From: Octopus bimaculoides
Taxonomy: Eukaryota
Direction: 5' to 3'
DNA: 64,000 bases
NCBI RefSeq assembly: GCF_001194135.2
Contig: NC_068997.1
Location: 47,755,516 to 47,819,515, forward strand
Shown: positions 1-12,100 of the stretch, one piece after another
How positions within the stretch are numbered: position 1 is the stretch's first letter
How the letters are laid out: every line of letters begins with the position of its first letter
The notes under the pieces: model-generated
Database searches by the model: none
The model's input: the letters and a program-made list of their open reading frames with translations, nothing else
Told to the model about the DNA's origin: nothing
Program-made: the position numbers and the translations under genes

Positions 1-362
1 TAGACCTTGCTTCCACACCTGAAACTTCTCCTCTAGTTCTGATAGTGACTCCGCAATTAGGGCAAGGTCATCAGCATAGAGGAGCTCCCAGGGGCAACCT
101 GTCTTGAACTCCTCTGTGATTGCCTGGAGGACTATGGTAAATAATAGGGGGCTGAGGACGGAACCTTGGTGGACCCCTACCTCTACCCGGAATTCATTGC
201 TGTACTCATTTCCAACCCTCACCTTACTGGCAGCATCTCTGTACATGGCTCGCACAGCTCTCACTAACCATTCTTCTATCCCAAGTTTCCTCATTGACCA
301 CCAGATAAGGGATCGGGGGACCCTGTCAAAGGCTTTCTCCATGTCAACGAAGCTTTCTCCAT
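1..362 (-). mobile_element. RTE-clade LINE reverse-transcriptase fragment, 5'-truncated, running off the window edge
   Basis: Open minus-strand frame FVDMEKAFDRVPR...GVHQGSVLSPLLF...LLYADDLAL; the YADD codons are at 67-78. Confidence 0.95.
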
Positions 363-454
363 GTTTTATTAAATATACAGTCCATAATATACATCAGAAT
401 TTGCGAGAAAGGTAAATAAAGTATAAACAGGTAACAATTGAAGGACAGGTGTCA

Positions 455-541
455 ATTCATTACGGCTGTTTCTAACAAATTTTTTAATTGATTAATAAGT
501 ACTTTACATCATTATAAAGAAACCGTTTTCTTCAGATGAAT
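455..541 (-). ncRNA. Type I hammerhead ribozyme motif with long stem II insert (partly decayed)
   Basis: attcat-CTGAAGA-[56 nt]-GAAA-cagccg-TA-atgaat: perfect 6-bp stem I; stem III is one transition away from the palindrome cggccg; stem II base is mismatched. Confidence 0.6.
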
Positions 542-544
542 ACG

Positions 545-1780
545 TGAACTTTACAATCAAGGGCATTCCAAATGATTTAGCAAAGTTTAAATCTATGGAG
601 CAAAACATTTTCAATGATTCTGCTACTATTTCAGTTGAAAGAATGGATTTACCAAAATAATGTGCATTTAATCAGATCAGAGAAATTTAGAGGTTAGTTG
701 GGTTTTTATGCGGAAGAAGGAATAAACGACCTCCAGTGACCCAATTATCCCCATTTCTAACATTAGAGAAAGCCATGGTTCCGGCCCTGTTAGTCTGGGA
801 TATATCTATGAAGGAGTTGTTTATTGTCTAGTGGTAACTGGTAAGAAAATTATTTGTGGTCAGATCAAACTACTCAATTATCAAGGTCATTTTTGATGAA
901 ACCAATTCACAAGCTTTATCTCTATCATCAGAAAAAGCAGAGGGAGGTAATAGGGAACCAAAAGATGGGGAGGAGCGGGTAAAGGGAGAAATGAAGAAAG
1001 CCAACCCAACTGTTACCAATTACCATAATACTAAAAGAGACAAAAACTCTGAAGGATAATGGAATAAAGGTTATGGGGGTGAAGCCCTAAACCATGACTT
1101 TGGGAATCATTGAATGAGAATAAAGAAGCCAACTAATAGCAGAGCTGTAATATTATAAGAAAAATTAAATATTAAATATAAGGTATATAAAACCTTATAT
1201 TTAAATTATAAAATTACTCAAAATTATAAAAAAGTGTGTATTAAGATATAAAAATTAAAAGAATTAAAATTCTAAAGAAATATAAAGTATATAAAAAATA
1301 TAAAGTATATAAAAAAGAGATATAAAAATATGAAAATATATAAAAAATATGAAGGTATGTAAAATTTTTTAAAATGATATCAATAAATATAAAAAGTTTT
1401 TAGATTACACACAATATTTAAGGAAGGGTGAAAAAAATATTGTTAATTGTGCTAACAATAAATAATAAATGAATAAATTTTAGACGAATGTTGTATAAAG
1501 GGTCTACAGATGTAATCTATATATCCACAGGGTAGATATATATTAACTATAAGGTAAACATTTACAAAATCCTTAAAATCATATAAAGAAAATATTAAGA
1601 TATAAATCTTTAAAAAATTAAGAAATATAAGATATAAAAAATATAAAAACCTACAGACATGAAATAGAAAAAAAAAATGAAAAATAGCTTTATCCTCCCT
1701 TAATTATAGCATAAAACATTAAAAGTTTTTGTTATGTGAAAAAATATGATGTTAATAGTAAACAGTCAATAATAAAAATA
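545..1780 (-). mobile_element. Possible highly decayed Penelope-like element body upstream of the 455-541 hammerhead
   Basis: Very AT-rich, strand-skewed tract. A minus-strand ITSVDPLYNI peptide near 1490-1520 weakly resembles PLE RT motif A, in the same orientation as the HHR. Weak. Confidence 0.25.
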
Positions 1781-2013
1781 GTAACTAATAAACATAAGTT
1801 GTGCGAAAAATATAATGCTATTAATAAAAAAAAACAAAGAACAAGAGCACTCAGAAAGTGCAAACCTCTGCCAAGGCAACGCCAGCGTCCTCTCAACAAT
1901 TAGCCAGAGATGATTTTTAAAATGAGAATATCTGAAATAAACTCGTCTGCTCTCACAAACGAGAATACTAAAAAAGAACCTGACCACTCTCAAAAATTAA
2001 GTAAAAAAACAGG

Positions 2014-2174
2014 AAAAATAATCCAGAATTCTTGTCTGGTACTGGATTGATCCCAAAATCTAATCAGTTCATGCCAGTCATAAGGCCAAACGTCCCTGCA
2101 AGTTTCATCTAAATCCATCCAGCAGCTCTTGAGATATCTTGTCCATGGACAAACAAACAAACACAACTGAAAAC
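2014..2174. mobile_element. Non-autonomous Helitron-like (HINE-type) mollusc repeat fragment
   Basis: gatcccaaaatctaatcagttc...aagtttcatctaaatcc...gagatatcttg followed by a (caaa)n core; family recalled from molluscan repeats. Confidence 0.4.
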
Positions 2175-2432
2175 GTGTGTGTGGTGAACAACAGATGAGG
2201 ATTCCACAATTTTTTGCAGAAGGACCAGCATAGATATTTGCTTCTAATGGTCAAATGGTTGTACTGTATATAAGGCCACTCTCTCCATCAAACTGACATT
2301 GATTGTACAGGTGCACAGTGTTACTTATTTTATTGACCCCAAAATGATAGAATGCAATGTTGGTCTTGGTGGAATTTGAACGTATAACATAAGAAATCCT
2401 GAAGAAATAAATACTGCTAAGCATTTGCAATT

Positions 2433-2669
2433 GTGTATGGGGAAACCTATTGGATGTCATTCGCTAAATAACTGAGAAAAATGAGGTCAATGTCAAAATA
2501 GTGAAAAAATCGGTCCCCACATCAAGTTTCATTTTTTAATAGAAATACATTATGTATTTCTATTAAAAAATGAAACCCGATGTGGGGACCTATTTTTTCA
2601 TTATTTTGACATTGACCTCATTTTTCTCAGTTGTTTAGTGAGTGACATCCAATAGGTTTTCCTATGCAC
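2433..2669. repeat. 237-bp foldback palindrome (118-bp arms, 1-nt centre at 2551), MITE-like
   Basis: 2433-2550 is the near reverse complement of 2552-2669, with scattered substitutions and no net indel. Confidence 0.95.
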
Positions 2670-3360
2670 CATCACATTTTGTCCTGCATGCTAACAATTC
2701 TGCCAGTTCTCCATTTTGCCATGTGTATGCATATTATCACATAACACACACAGTCCTCAACAGATTGTGATTCAGTTCATTGTAAATTGTAATGTCATTT
2801 TCTCCACCATCACCGATTACAGTGACACATTCTCGCTGCTCATAGAATCCAATGATGGACAAGCAGAATTTTGACAACAGACACAGTGTGCACAACAAAA
2901 ACAATTATGACAGTGTAGCAAGAGCTAGAATCAAGCCTAGCATATTTCAGTTACAAAGTTGATGAGACAAGCTGGTCATGCGCACATCATATATTGTTCT
3001 AATTAGTTACCAATTAGCTTGCAGCTATATCAAGGAACATCATCGAATGTCCTTTAATCTGAAGCACTTTGCTCAGTATCAAAACATTTCCACACCAAGA
3101 ATCTGGACACAAATATGTGAAGGGCACCAGGAAACACACAACTCATCTCTTGTCCAGCAACACTAGCTTTTCTTTTACTGAATCCCCCCAGAAACAGAAA
3201 GGAATTCTTCTTCATATTTGCTACCAATTCTTCCTGGCATTTCAAGCCTAATTAGTCATTATTATGCTCTATTTTAATCTCGTTATAGTGTCACCACTAA
3301 CCAATAGATGTTGACGTTCAGTTGTTCTCCTGTTCAATAAATCTTTTAATAAAATATACA

Positions 3361-3720
3361 GTGGCTGTGTGGTAAGAAGCTCACTTCCCAACCACATGGT
3401 TCCAGGTTCAGTCCTACTGCATGACACTTTGGGCAAGTGTCTTCTACTATAGCTTGGTCTGACCAAAGCCTTGTGAGTGGATTTGATAGACTAAAACTTA
3501 GTGTGTGTGAGTCTGTGTTTATACCTTATCACTGGTTAGTGACTAGTGTTGGTGTATTTATGACTCCATAACCTAGCAGTTCAGCAAAAGGGATCGATAG
3601 AATAGCAGGCTTTACAAAAAAATAAGTACTGAGATTGATTCGTTTGACTAAAAGTTTTCAAGGCAGAGGCCCAAGTATGGCCACAGTCAAATGAGTGAAA
3701 CCAGTAAGAGAATAAAGATA
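3361..3720 (+). mobile_element. tRNA-derived SINE, family A (head tggctgtgtggtaagaag...ggttcagtcc)
   Basis: A-box and B-box-like head, body gcaccttgggcaagtgtcttctactatagc and tail actgaaacaagtaaaag. More than 12 full or partial copies occur in the window. Confidence 0.85.
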
Positions 3721-3934
3721 AATTATGTTTCCATCTGTTCATTATAATATAGCACACAGCCTGAACAATAATCAATAACAACACACTAGGGAACCTCCAG
3801 AAAATGGCAATAAAAAAAAAATAAGAAAAATCCATTTTTTTAACCACAACATGAAAAGAAACATCATGAACAATAAAAATAAAATTAAAAAAAACAGCAG
3901 AAACAACAACACCAACAATAGAACCAGTGACAAT

Positions 3935-4330
3935 AATCTTTTCTACTCTAGGCACAAGGCTCGAAATTTTTGAGGAGGGGGCCAGTCGACTGGTACTTGA
4001 TTTATTGGCCACGAAAAGATGAAAGGCAAAGTTGACCTCAGCAGAATTTGAGCTCAGAATGTAAAGTCAAACAAAATACTGTTAAGCATTTCGCCCAGTG
4101 TGCTAATGTTTATTTCTTTACTGCCCACAAGGGGAGACAAACAGAGGAGACAAACAGATTAAGTTGATTATATCGACCCCAGTGCATAACTGGTACTTAA
4201 TTTATCAACCCCGGAAGGATGAAAGATAAAGTCGACCTTGACGGAATTTGAACTCAGAACGTAGCAGCAGATGAAATACCACTAAGCATTTCGCCCAGTG
4301 TGCTAACGTTTCTGTCAGCTTGCTGCCTTG
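3935..4330 (-). mobile_element. Two tandem tRNA-derived SINEs, family B (gttctgagttcaaattccg...gtcgactttgcctttcatcc)
   Basis: B-box-like GAGTTCAAATTC and shared body; about 18 full or partial copies across the window. Confidence 0.8.
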
Positions 4331-4429
4331 TAACAATAATAACATGATGAACAGGAAAAGTCATGAGAAGTTCATCAACCACAACAATGAACATAATAAC
4401 AAAATTAAGTGGGAGGTAGGAGAACATAC

Positions 4430-4543
4430 CATGACTTTTGTGGTGAGAGAGGATTTCAACCAGTCTGGAGAAAGTTCAAGTAGGTAACTGATCCACTTAA
4501 TCTCAGCATCACTTCCCAGTTGCATCATATCATAATCTGTTTG
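4430..4543 (-). CDS. Myosin coding exon 9 ([38 protein letters not shown])
   Basis: Acceptor ttttcag, donor gtatgt; 114 nt, phase 0-0. I did not find the next expected exon (..ALDARDA.AKALY) in 1-4429. Confidence 0.92.
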
Positions 4544-6144
4544 CTGAAAAATGTAAAAGGTTCATATATGATAAGCTATTTATTACTCTCTCATTGGTGT
4601 TAAAGCAAAACAACAACATGCATACGAGCATGGTCATGTGTTTAAGAAGTTTGTTTAACTACCCATGTGTTGTCAGGTTCAATTCCACAGTATGTCTTTC
4701 TTCTAAAGCTTTGGGTTGACCCAGTGCAATTTAATACAGAAAAACTGTTCAGAAACTCATTATATAAATATGCATACATAAATATATATATATAAAGCAC
4801 TTAGCTTTATGGTAATCCAATGGATGCAAAATCCAGGGTAATCTCATAGATCAGCCTTATTTATTTTTATAGTATACTGTTCTATAACTTGAGGTGTGCT
4901 TCTTTTTGGGATTTATGATTTACTGACGATGTATATATATATATATATATATATAGTTAGCAAGGTGAGACACACATAAGAAGGAAGGAAACAAAGGACC
5001 ACTGATGAGGTCACAGAAGTGTGACGAAAGAACTCTGGCCGAAATAAGATTAAGATTAATGTAATATAAAGCTGAAGCAAATTAACACCAAATATACAGT
5101 GCGTGTGTTTTTGTTGGCTAAACTGGCAATATGACCATCCCCATATATATATATATGCAAAATAAATAAGGATTCAAGTGAATCAGGCACCTGAATGGTA
5201 AGGCACTGGGTCAGGTCGAAAAGTAAAATGTGTACACATCAAAAATAGAGGAATACCTATGTGGGCACCAAAGTACAAGCAGCAGGATATTCAGGTTGTG
5301 TACATGATTAACTGTACCCAAATGAGTATATCAATAGCCCTTGAGGCTAATCAAGAAACAAACATTGTACTAAATATACGGTCCATAATATACGTCAGAT
5401 CTATGCAAGAAGCGGCTACACACAGAGGGGACAAACAACAAGGACAGACAAACGGATTAAGTCGATTACATCGACCCCAGTGCATAACTGGTACTTAATT
5501 TATCGAACCTGAAAGGATGAAAGGCAAAGTCGACCTTGGTGGAATTTGAACTCAGAACGAAACAGCAGTTTCTATCTACCAAATCCACTCACAGGGCTTT
5601 GGTTGGCCCGAGACTATAGTTGGAAACACTTGCCCAAGGTGCCACGCAGTGAGACTGAACCTGGAACCATGTGGTTGGTAAGCAAGCTACTTACCACATA
5701 GCCACTCTTGTGCCTAGGAACATAACTGTTTTAAACATGGGTAATAATTTCTTCATTCTTAAATTAATGCTCCCAGTATACATTTGTAGGACAATATACA
5801 CTATGCAAAACCTCTAGACCTCTATCCTAAACAGCAATACCTGACCATCTCTCAATTTTATATTAATAACTACATCATATAAACATCTCATGACCTTATA
5901 TTAATCAACAACAACACAGAAGCAAATGACATCTTCATCAGCAACAACAACAATAGAATCTACCAACACCGTATACTTACATTGGTTTTGCAGAAATAGA
6001 TATTACCCAGATGCAGAACAGAAGCCAATATACTTTGGATAGTTTTCTTTTCTGTCTTGGAGAACCCCAAGACATCCATGGCTTCAGTAAGTGCACGGAA
6101 GTTCTCAGCATCATTTCGGCCTGGAATAGTACAGCTGTTACCCT

Positions 6145-6179
<35 letters not shown>

Positions 6180-9100
6180 CATAATAATAATAATNNNNNN
6201 NNNNTGAATTTTTTTTTTTTTTTTTTTGCAACAACATTTGTAAACAAACATTTTTTTGTTTTTGGAAGCGTTGGATGTGTATCGTATCATACAGACAAAA
6301 AGGTAATATTTTGAATGCAGTCTAGCTGTGAAAACAGCTCAAAGAATAGGTAATTTAGCCTTGTATGATGGAAAAAGTTGTCAGCATACAGCTATGGGAC
6401 TTGAACATTCATCTCTCAGATATCGGCTGAGTACGCTATCAATTAAGCTAAACTGCCAGCTGAAATTATATGGGTCAGATGGAATTCATTGAGGTAAATT
6501 TTCTGTGGCTAGATGCCCTTTGTGTCATTTACCCTTACTTGTTTTTAAGTAAGGTGATATTTCCTATGGCCAAACATGTTTTTATAGATGATTGGAAATG
6601 AGGGCTTTACAAATTATGGAATAAAGATACTTTGCCAACATAACATGGCAGTCCTGGTTTAGGATGAATGTTGCTGTAATTTAGCCCCAGGAGACATCGT
6701 CACCAGCTGGCTATATGACATGATCTGTGTCCTTATATTTTCAAACAAGGAATCTAGCACCCCCACTCAGCTCAAAACAATATCTGTGTATCGCGATTTC
6801 GAGGTTATTTCCCTTCATCAGCACGGATTATGTCTATTTTAAATAGTGGAGTTACGTAATTAAATGGGTTGTCATTTATTGACAAAATAGAAATTACAAT
6901 CATGATTACGGGATAGACATCACTGTATGCAATATTTGATTGCAAAGTATATTATAAGATCAAAGAAGTTATTGAAGTGAATTAAATAAAAGAACTCATC
7001 AAAGGACATTTTAAGGTTAAGCATAATTATGGAATTATCAATTAATAACACAGTATTAATTACAACTTAAATAAAAGTTTGAGAGAGATCAAAGACAGAC
7101 TCATCAATATCATCACTGATGTCAAAAAGGTCTTCCTATTCTTAATGTGTCAACTTTTGTCTACATCTTATAATATGGATATTTTCTGTTTCTTCTTCAA
7201 GTTGTTGGCTGTCATGGCCATCAGTTCACAAATAGTTATCTTTGATGGTTGATGATGATGAAGACTCATCTATATTATTTGATATTCCTATCTCCAGAAA
7301 ATTATCTATCACAATCTCATTTGAAATACCCTCTGACACATTCTTCAACCATAATGTTACAAGAGACAAGCTTCGCTTCTTGAGGTCATCACCTTTGATC
7401 AGTTCCTTCAGGTCAGAAGACTGCAAGGTCATCTACATCTGACATATCCTTTCTTCTGATGGTTTATCCCATTCAAAGATAGTAGCAAAGATGTGAAGCT
7501 GCCTTGGGTTGTATTCAGTGAGTTGACCTTCTCATTGTCTCTTGTGTTCATAGAAATATTCTCATACTAGGGGTGATTTCTTCATTTGAAAGTACCCTGG
7601 TTGTTTATTTTACACTTGTGAATCAAAACCCCAGGTAGCATTTCTCTCCTTTTTGTTGATTCCTTTCCCTTAAAAATTACAATTGGCATAAGCTTAGTCT
7701 CATCTGTATTAAACACAAGCACCACATTTAAATGTACCTCTTTATGTTCTGTGGTCTTCACATCAACAGTTTTTCTCTCAAGTAAACTATATTGTTTCTA
7801 AAGAGATAAAAAAAAAACATAGGAGTTTCATCCATATTTCTAACCTGTTGAAGTTGATAACTGTTTTCTTTGTTTCAAAATAAAGGTGTGAAATGAATTT
7901 GCTAGTGTTATTAGTACTTATTAGTATCATTTAATTGTAATTTATGAGATATGTTAGTTTTTTGATGCAGACCAAGCCCTTGTCTTTCCATAAAATAATT
8001 AATTCATTCGTTGGGAGCTTTCGATAATGGATTTGTAAACATCTTAGTAGCCTTCAAGCTTATCTGTAGCAGAGTATATAACTTCTTTTAGTTGTTCTAT
8101 ATTACCATTCTTTTTCCATAGATAGCAATAGAGTCTACTTCTCACTACATGCTTTTACTGTCTCTGGCATTTTCAGTAAGAATTCTTACAGCATTCTTCC
8201 ATTGCTCACAGCTTTCTCTGATACAGAAAACTCCCTCTCAAGAGCCCTGTAACCACTGACTTCTGTAAAGTTCACAGCTTCAAAACTGAAAACAGCAACA
8301 TATGAACATTTTCTCTTTACACCTGTAATAACAATGTTTGGCATGAAATATTTTCCCATGCTGATGCTATGTAAAAAGCACTGGTGCTGGTGCCACATAT
8401 AAAGCACTGGTGTTGGGTGCCACATAAAAAAGCACCCAGTTCACTCTGTGAAGTGGTTGGTGTTAGAAACTATGCTAAATCAACCAAATGAAACCTGGTG
8501 CAGCTTGCCAGTTCTGGTTGAACCATTAAGTAATGATGAATATTGATTTAAATATTTCCTTACCACACTTACAACCTAACAGACAATTCCTAATAAAATT
8601 CCCCAAACTTTTTATTTTTGACCTTGACTTTCACTCCTTCTCATCACTGTTAACTTTCTTCCTCAGCATTCACTCCTCACCCATAAAATTCATTGCTGTT
8701 GCACTGACAAGAATATAGAAGCAGGAGAAACCATTCTTGTGTTAGTTTGGAGTGATGCAATTCTCCAGTGATGAAAAGGTATAAAAGGTGCTTGGAACTG
8801 ACTAACACGAACACAAGAGTAACATGGAAGCTCTAGTATGCAACCATTGTATCTAAATTCATTGAAAAATGCAACAATTGAATAATTCCAGCCACTACCC
8901 TCTTCTTTGATGTTTGCAGTTCAGCCAACAAGCTCAAAAGATCAAAGACTGAACGACATTTTCTGGTTTAGCTTTCAAACATTAAAAAATGCGGTTACTT
9001 AATGTGACTATTCCCATTTGCAATAGGTTATATAACATTGAAATTTCTTGCACAAGTTTACTTAACCTCATACATCAGTCACGTCTCTGACTTTTTTAAA

Positions 9101-12100
9101 AACTGAAACTGTAAACAAAAGGAAGCAAAGTGAAAAAGAGCCTCATAAATAAATACAGTAAACCTTGATACTCTGTCATCATATCATCATTATTGAACAC
9201 CTGTCTTTCATGCTGGCATGGGTTGGACAGTCTGACAGGAGCTGGCAAGCCAGAGGACTGCACCAAGCTCCACTGTCTGCTTTGGCCTGGTTTGTAATGG
9301 CAGGATGTCCTTCCTAACAACAGCCACTTTACAGAGTGGACTGGGTGCTTTTTACATGGCACCAGCACCAGTGAGGTCTGCTTTGGCATGAATTCTTGTG
9401 ACTGGATGCCCTTCATAATGCCAACTACACTATAGAGCAGACTGGGAGCTTTTTCTGGCGAGGCCCGCTTGGCATAGTTTTTATGGTTGGACGCCCTTCC
9501 TAATGCCAGCAACTTTACAGGAAAAGAGTCTTCTACAATACATTCCCACCATAAAAGTCAATTTTATACATGATATCACATTGTGATATCTCCATCTGCC
9601 ACTTTTTGCAGGCTAATTATTGTTTGTTTGTGAGTCAAATTATTTACATAATTAACTTGATAATTTCATGGCTGGATTCACTTGGATTTTAAACTAGTGC
9701 AACAAATCAAATATATATACATATTTTTTTTTATATATAATAATATAAATCCCTGAAGGAAATTAATCAAAGTTACCTTTAGGCTAGATGGGACTGACTA
9801 CCCAACTTTTGAACTTTCATGAAACTAAAAACAGTTGTTTTCCATTATATGTGATTATTTTTGTTATTAAAGTTGTGGTTGATATTAGTGGCCATGTTGT
9901 TTAAATCTAAGCTGGTTATGATGAAGCAGACACGTGATCAAAAATCATTCCAGCCATGATCATCCTGTCTTTATGTATATCACGGACAACTGTTCAATGT
10001 ACAATTGTTTATTTCAGATGGAGAAGTGTAATTTGAGAGAGATTTAGCTGTTATTCCTAGCAGATGGACTGACCACATAGAAGTCCCCCTTATTCACCCA
10101 GTTGTTGGTGGTAGTGGTCATCATCATCATCGTTTAACGTCCGCTTTCCATGCTAGCATGGGTTGGACGATTTGACTGAGGACTGGTGAAACCGGATGGC
10201 AACACCAGGCTCCAGTCTGATTTGGCAGAGTTTCTACAGCTGGATGCCCTTCCTAACGCCAACCACTCAGAGAGTGTAGTGGGTGCTTTTACGTGTCACC
10301 CGCACGAAAACGGCCACGCTCGAAATGGTGTCTTTTANNNNNNNNNNNNNNNNNNNNNNNNNNNNNNNNNNNNNNNNNNNNNNNNNNNNNNNNNNNNNNN
10401 NNNNNNNNNNNNNNNNNNNNNNNNNNNNNNNNNNNNNNNNNNNNNNNNNNNNNNNNNNNNNNNNNNNNNNNNNNNNNNNNNNNNNNNNNNNNNNNNNNNN
10501 NNNNNNNNNNNNNNNNNNNNNNNNNNNNNNNNNNNNNNNNNNNNNNNNNNNNNNNNNNNNNNNNNNNNNNNNNNNNNNNNNNNNNNNNNNNNNNNNNNNN
10601 NNNNNNNNNNNNNNNNNNNNNNNNNNNNNNNNNNNNNNNNNNNNNNNNNNNNNNNNNNNNNNNNNNNNNNNNNNNNNNNNNNNNNNNNNNNNNNNNNNNN
10701 NNNNNNNNNNNNNNNNNNNNNNNNNNNNNNNNNNNNNNNNNNNNNNNNNNNNNNNNNNNNNNNNNNNNNNNNNNNNNNNNNNNNNNNNNNNNNNNNNNNN
10801 NNNNNNNNNNNNNNNNNNNNNNNNNNNNNNNNNNNNNNNNNNNNNNNNNNNNNNNNNNNNNNNNNNNNNNNNNNNNNNNNNNNNNNNNNNNNNNNNNNNN
10901 NNNNNNNNNNNNNNNNNNNNNNNNNNNNNNNNNNNNNNNNNNNNNNNNNNNNNNNNNNNNNNNNNNNNNNNNNNNNNNNNNNNNNNNNNNNNNNNNNNNN
11001 NNNNNNNNNNNNNNNNNNNNNNNNNNNNNNNNNNNNNNNNNNNNNNNNNNNNNNNNNNNNNNNNNNNNNNNNNNNNNNNNNNNNNGGGTAAGAGCTCTCT
11101 AAACTTTGCCCAGGCTATTCTTATTCTAGCAGCTACACTTTCAGCGCACCCACCCCCACTACTAACTTGGTCGCCCAGATAGCGGAAGCTATCGACTACC
11201 TCTAGTTTTTCACCCTGGAATGAGATAGAAGTTGTTTCCTGTTTGTTTGCAGTCTTTATTGCACCTGAACATCTGCCACAAACAAAAACTAACTTGCTAG
11301 TTAACCTGCCTTTGATGTTGCTGCACCTCTTATGTGTCCATAGCTTGCACCGGGTACATCTTATAGAGTTACTACCTACTCCTTTTCTACATACTGAGCA
11401 GGGCCATCTACCTGAAGGGGTTTGGTGGAGGTAATATTTTACTGTTTAGCCTCAAGTCAGTAGCAGGGATACAATTAAACGTAGTCCAACTGTGACCATC
11501 CCATCGTTTTGTACACATTTAAGATGACACTGTCCAACATGTCCTTCTTACTTTACGATGGTAGGGTGATTTGTTAGAATTTGGCTGTTGTTTCTGTAAG
11601 GCTAAACAACTGTCTACAGGCTTCCTCAATAGGGGGTGATGGTGGTGGTAATGGTGGCAATATTTTACTGCTTAGCACTCCAAAAGCCCTAATTAAACAG
11701 GCTTAAGATCAAAGATGTTCTAGCTGTGACCCCCTTTTATTCAGTCACACTTGTAGTGGTAGAGGTGGTGGTGAGCGCGATGATGGTAGTAGGGGGTCAA
11801 CCCTCATCAAACAGACCTCAAATCAAAAGCATTCCAATTGTGACCATCTCATCTTTATTCAGAGATACTCTCATTCTATGTGTACTTCCTTTATTCAATA
11901 CTTGGAGATTTGGCTGCTAATTTAAGCATGCAAAGAACCTGCATAGACAATCCTTTGTTCGCCCTGATGGTACAGAAATGTTGGTGATAACAGCTGTGTT
12001 TTTTCTCTGTGAATGGAACCTAGGATAGTATCCTATAAGTCCATATATACCCCCATCCCTCATCTCATATCCTACCCATGTCATTATCCTGTCCTTTCTA

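Noticed and set aside
3361-3430. tRNA-like A/B boxes as tRNA genes
   Set aside because: They are heads of multi-copy SINEs; no full cloverleaf is present.
10175-10200. CTGAGGA-ctggt-GAAA-ccgga as a hammerhead
   Set aside because: No stem II or stem I can form; it is part of the family C body.
10186-11182. Long ORFs of ~270-300 aa here and at 42415-43481
   Set aside because: They consist almost entirely of X from N-gaps.
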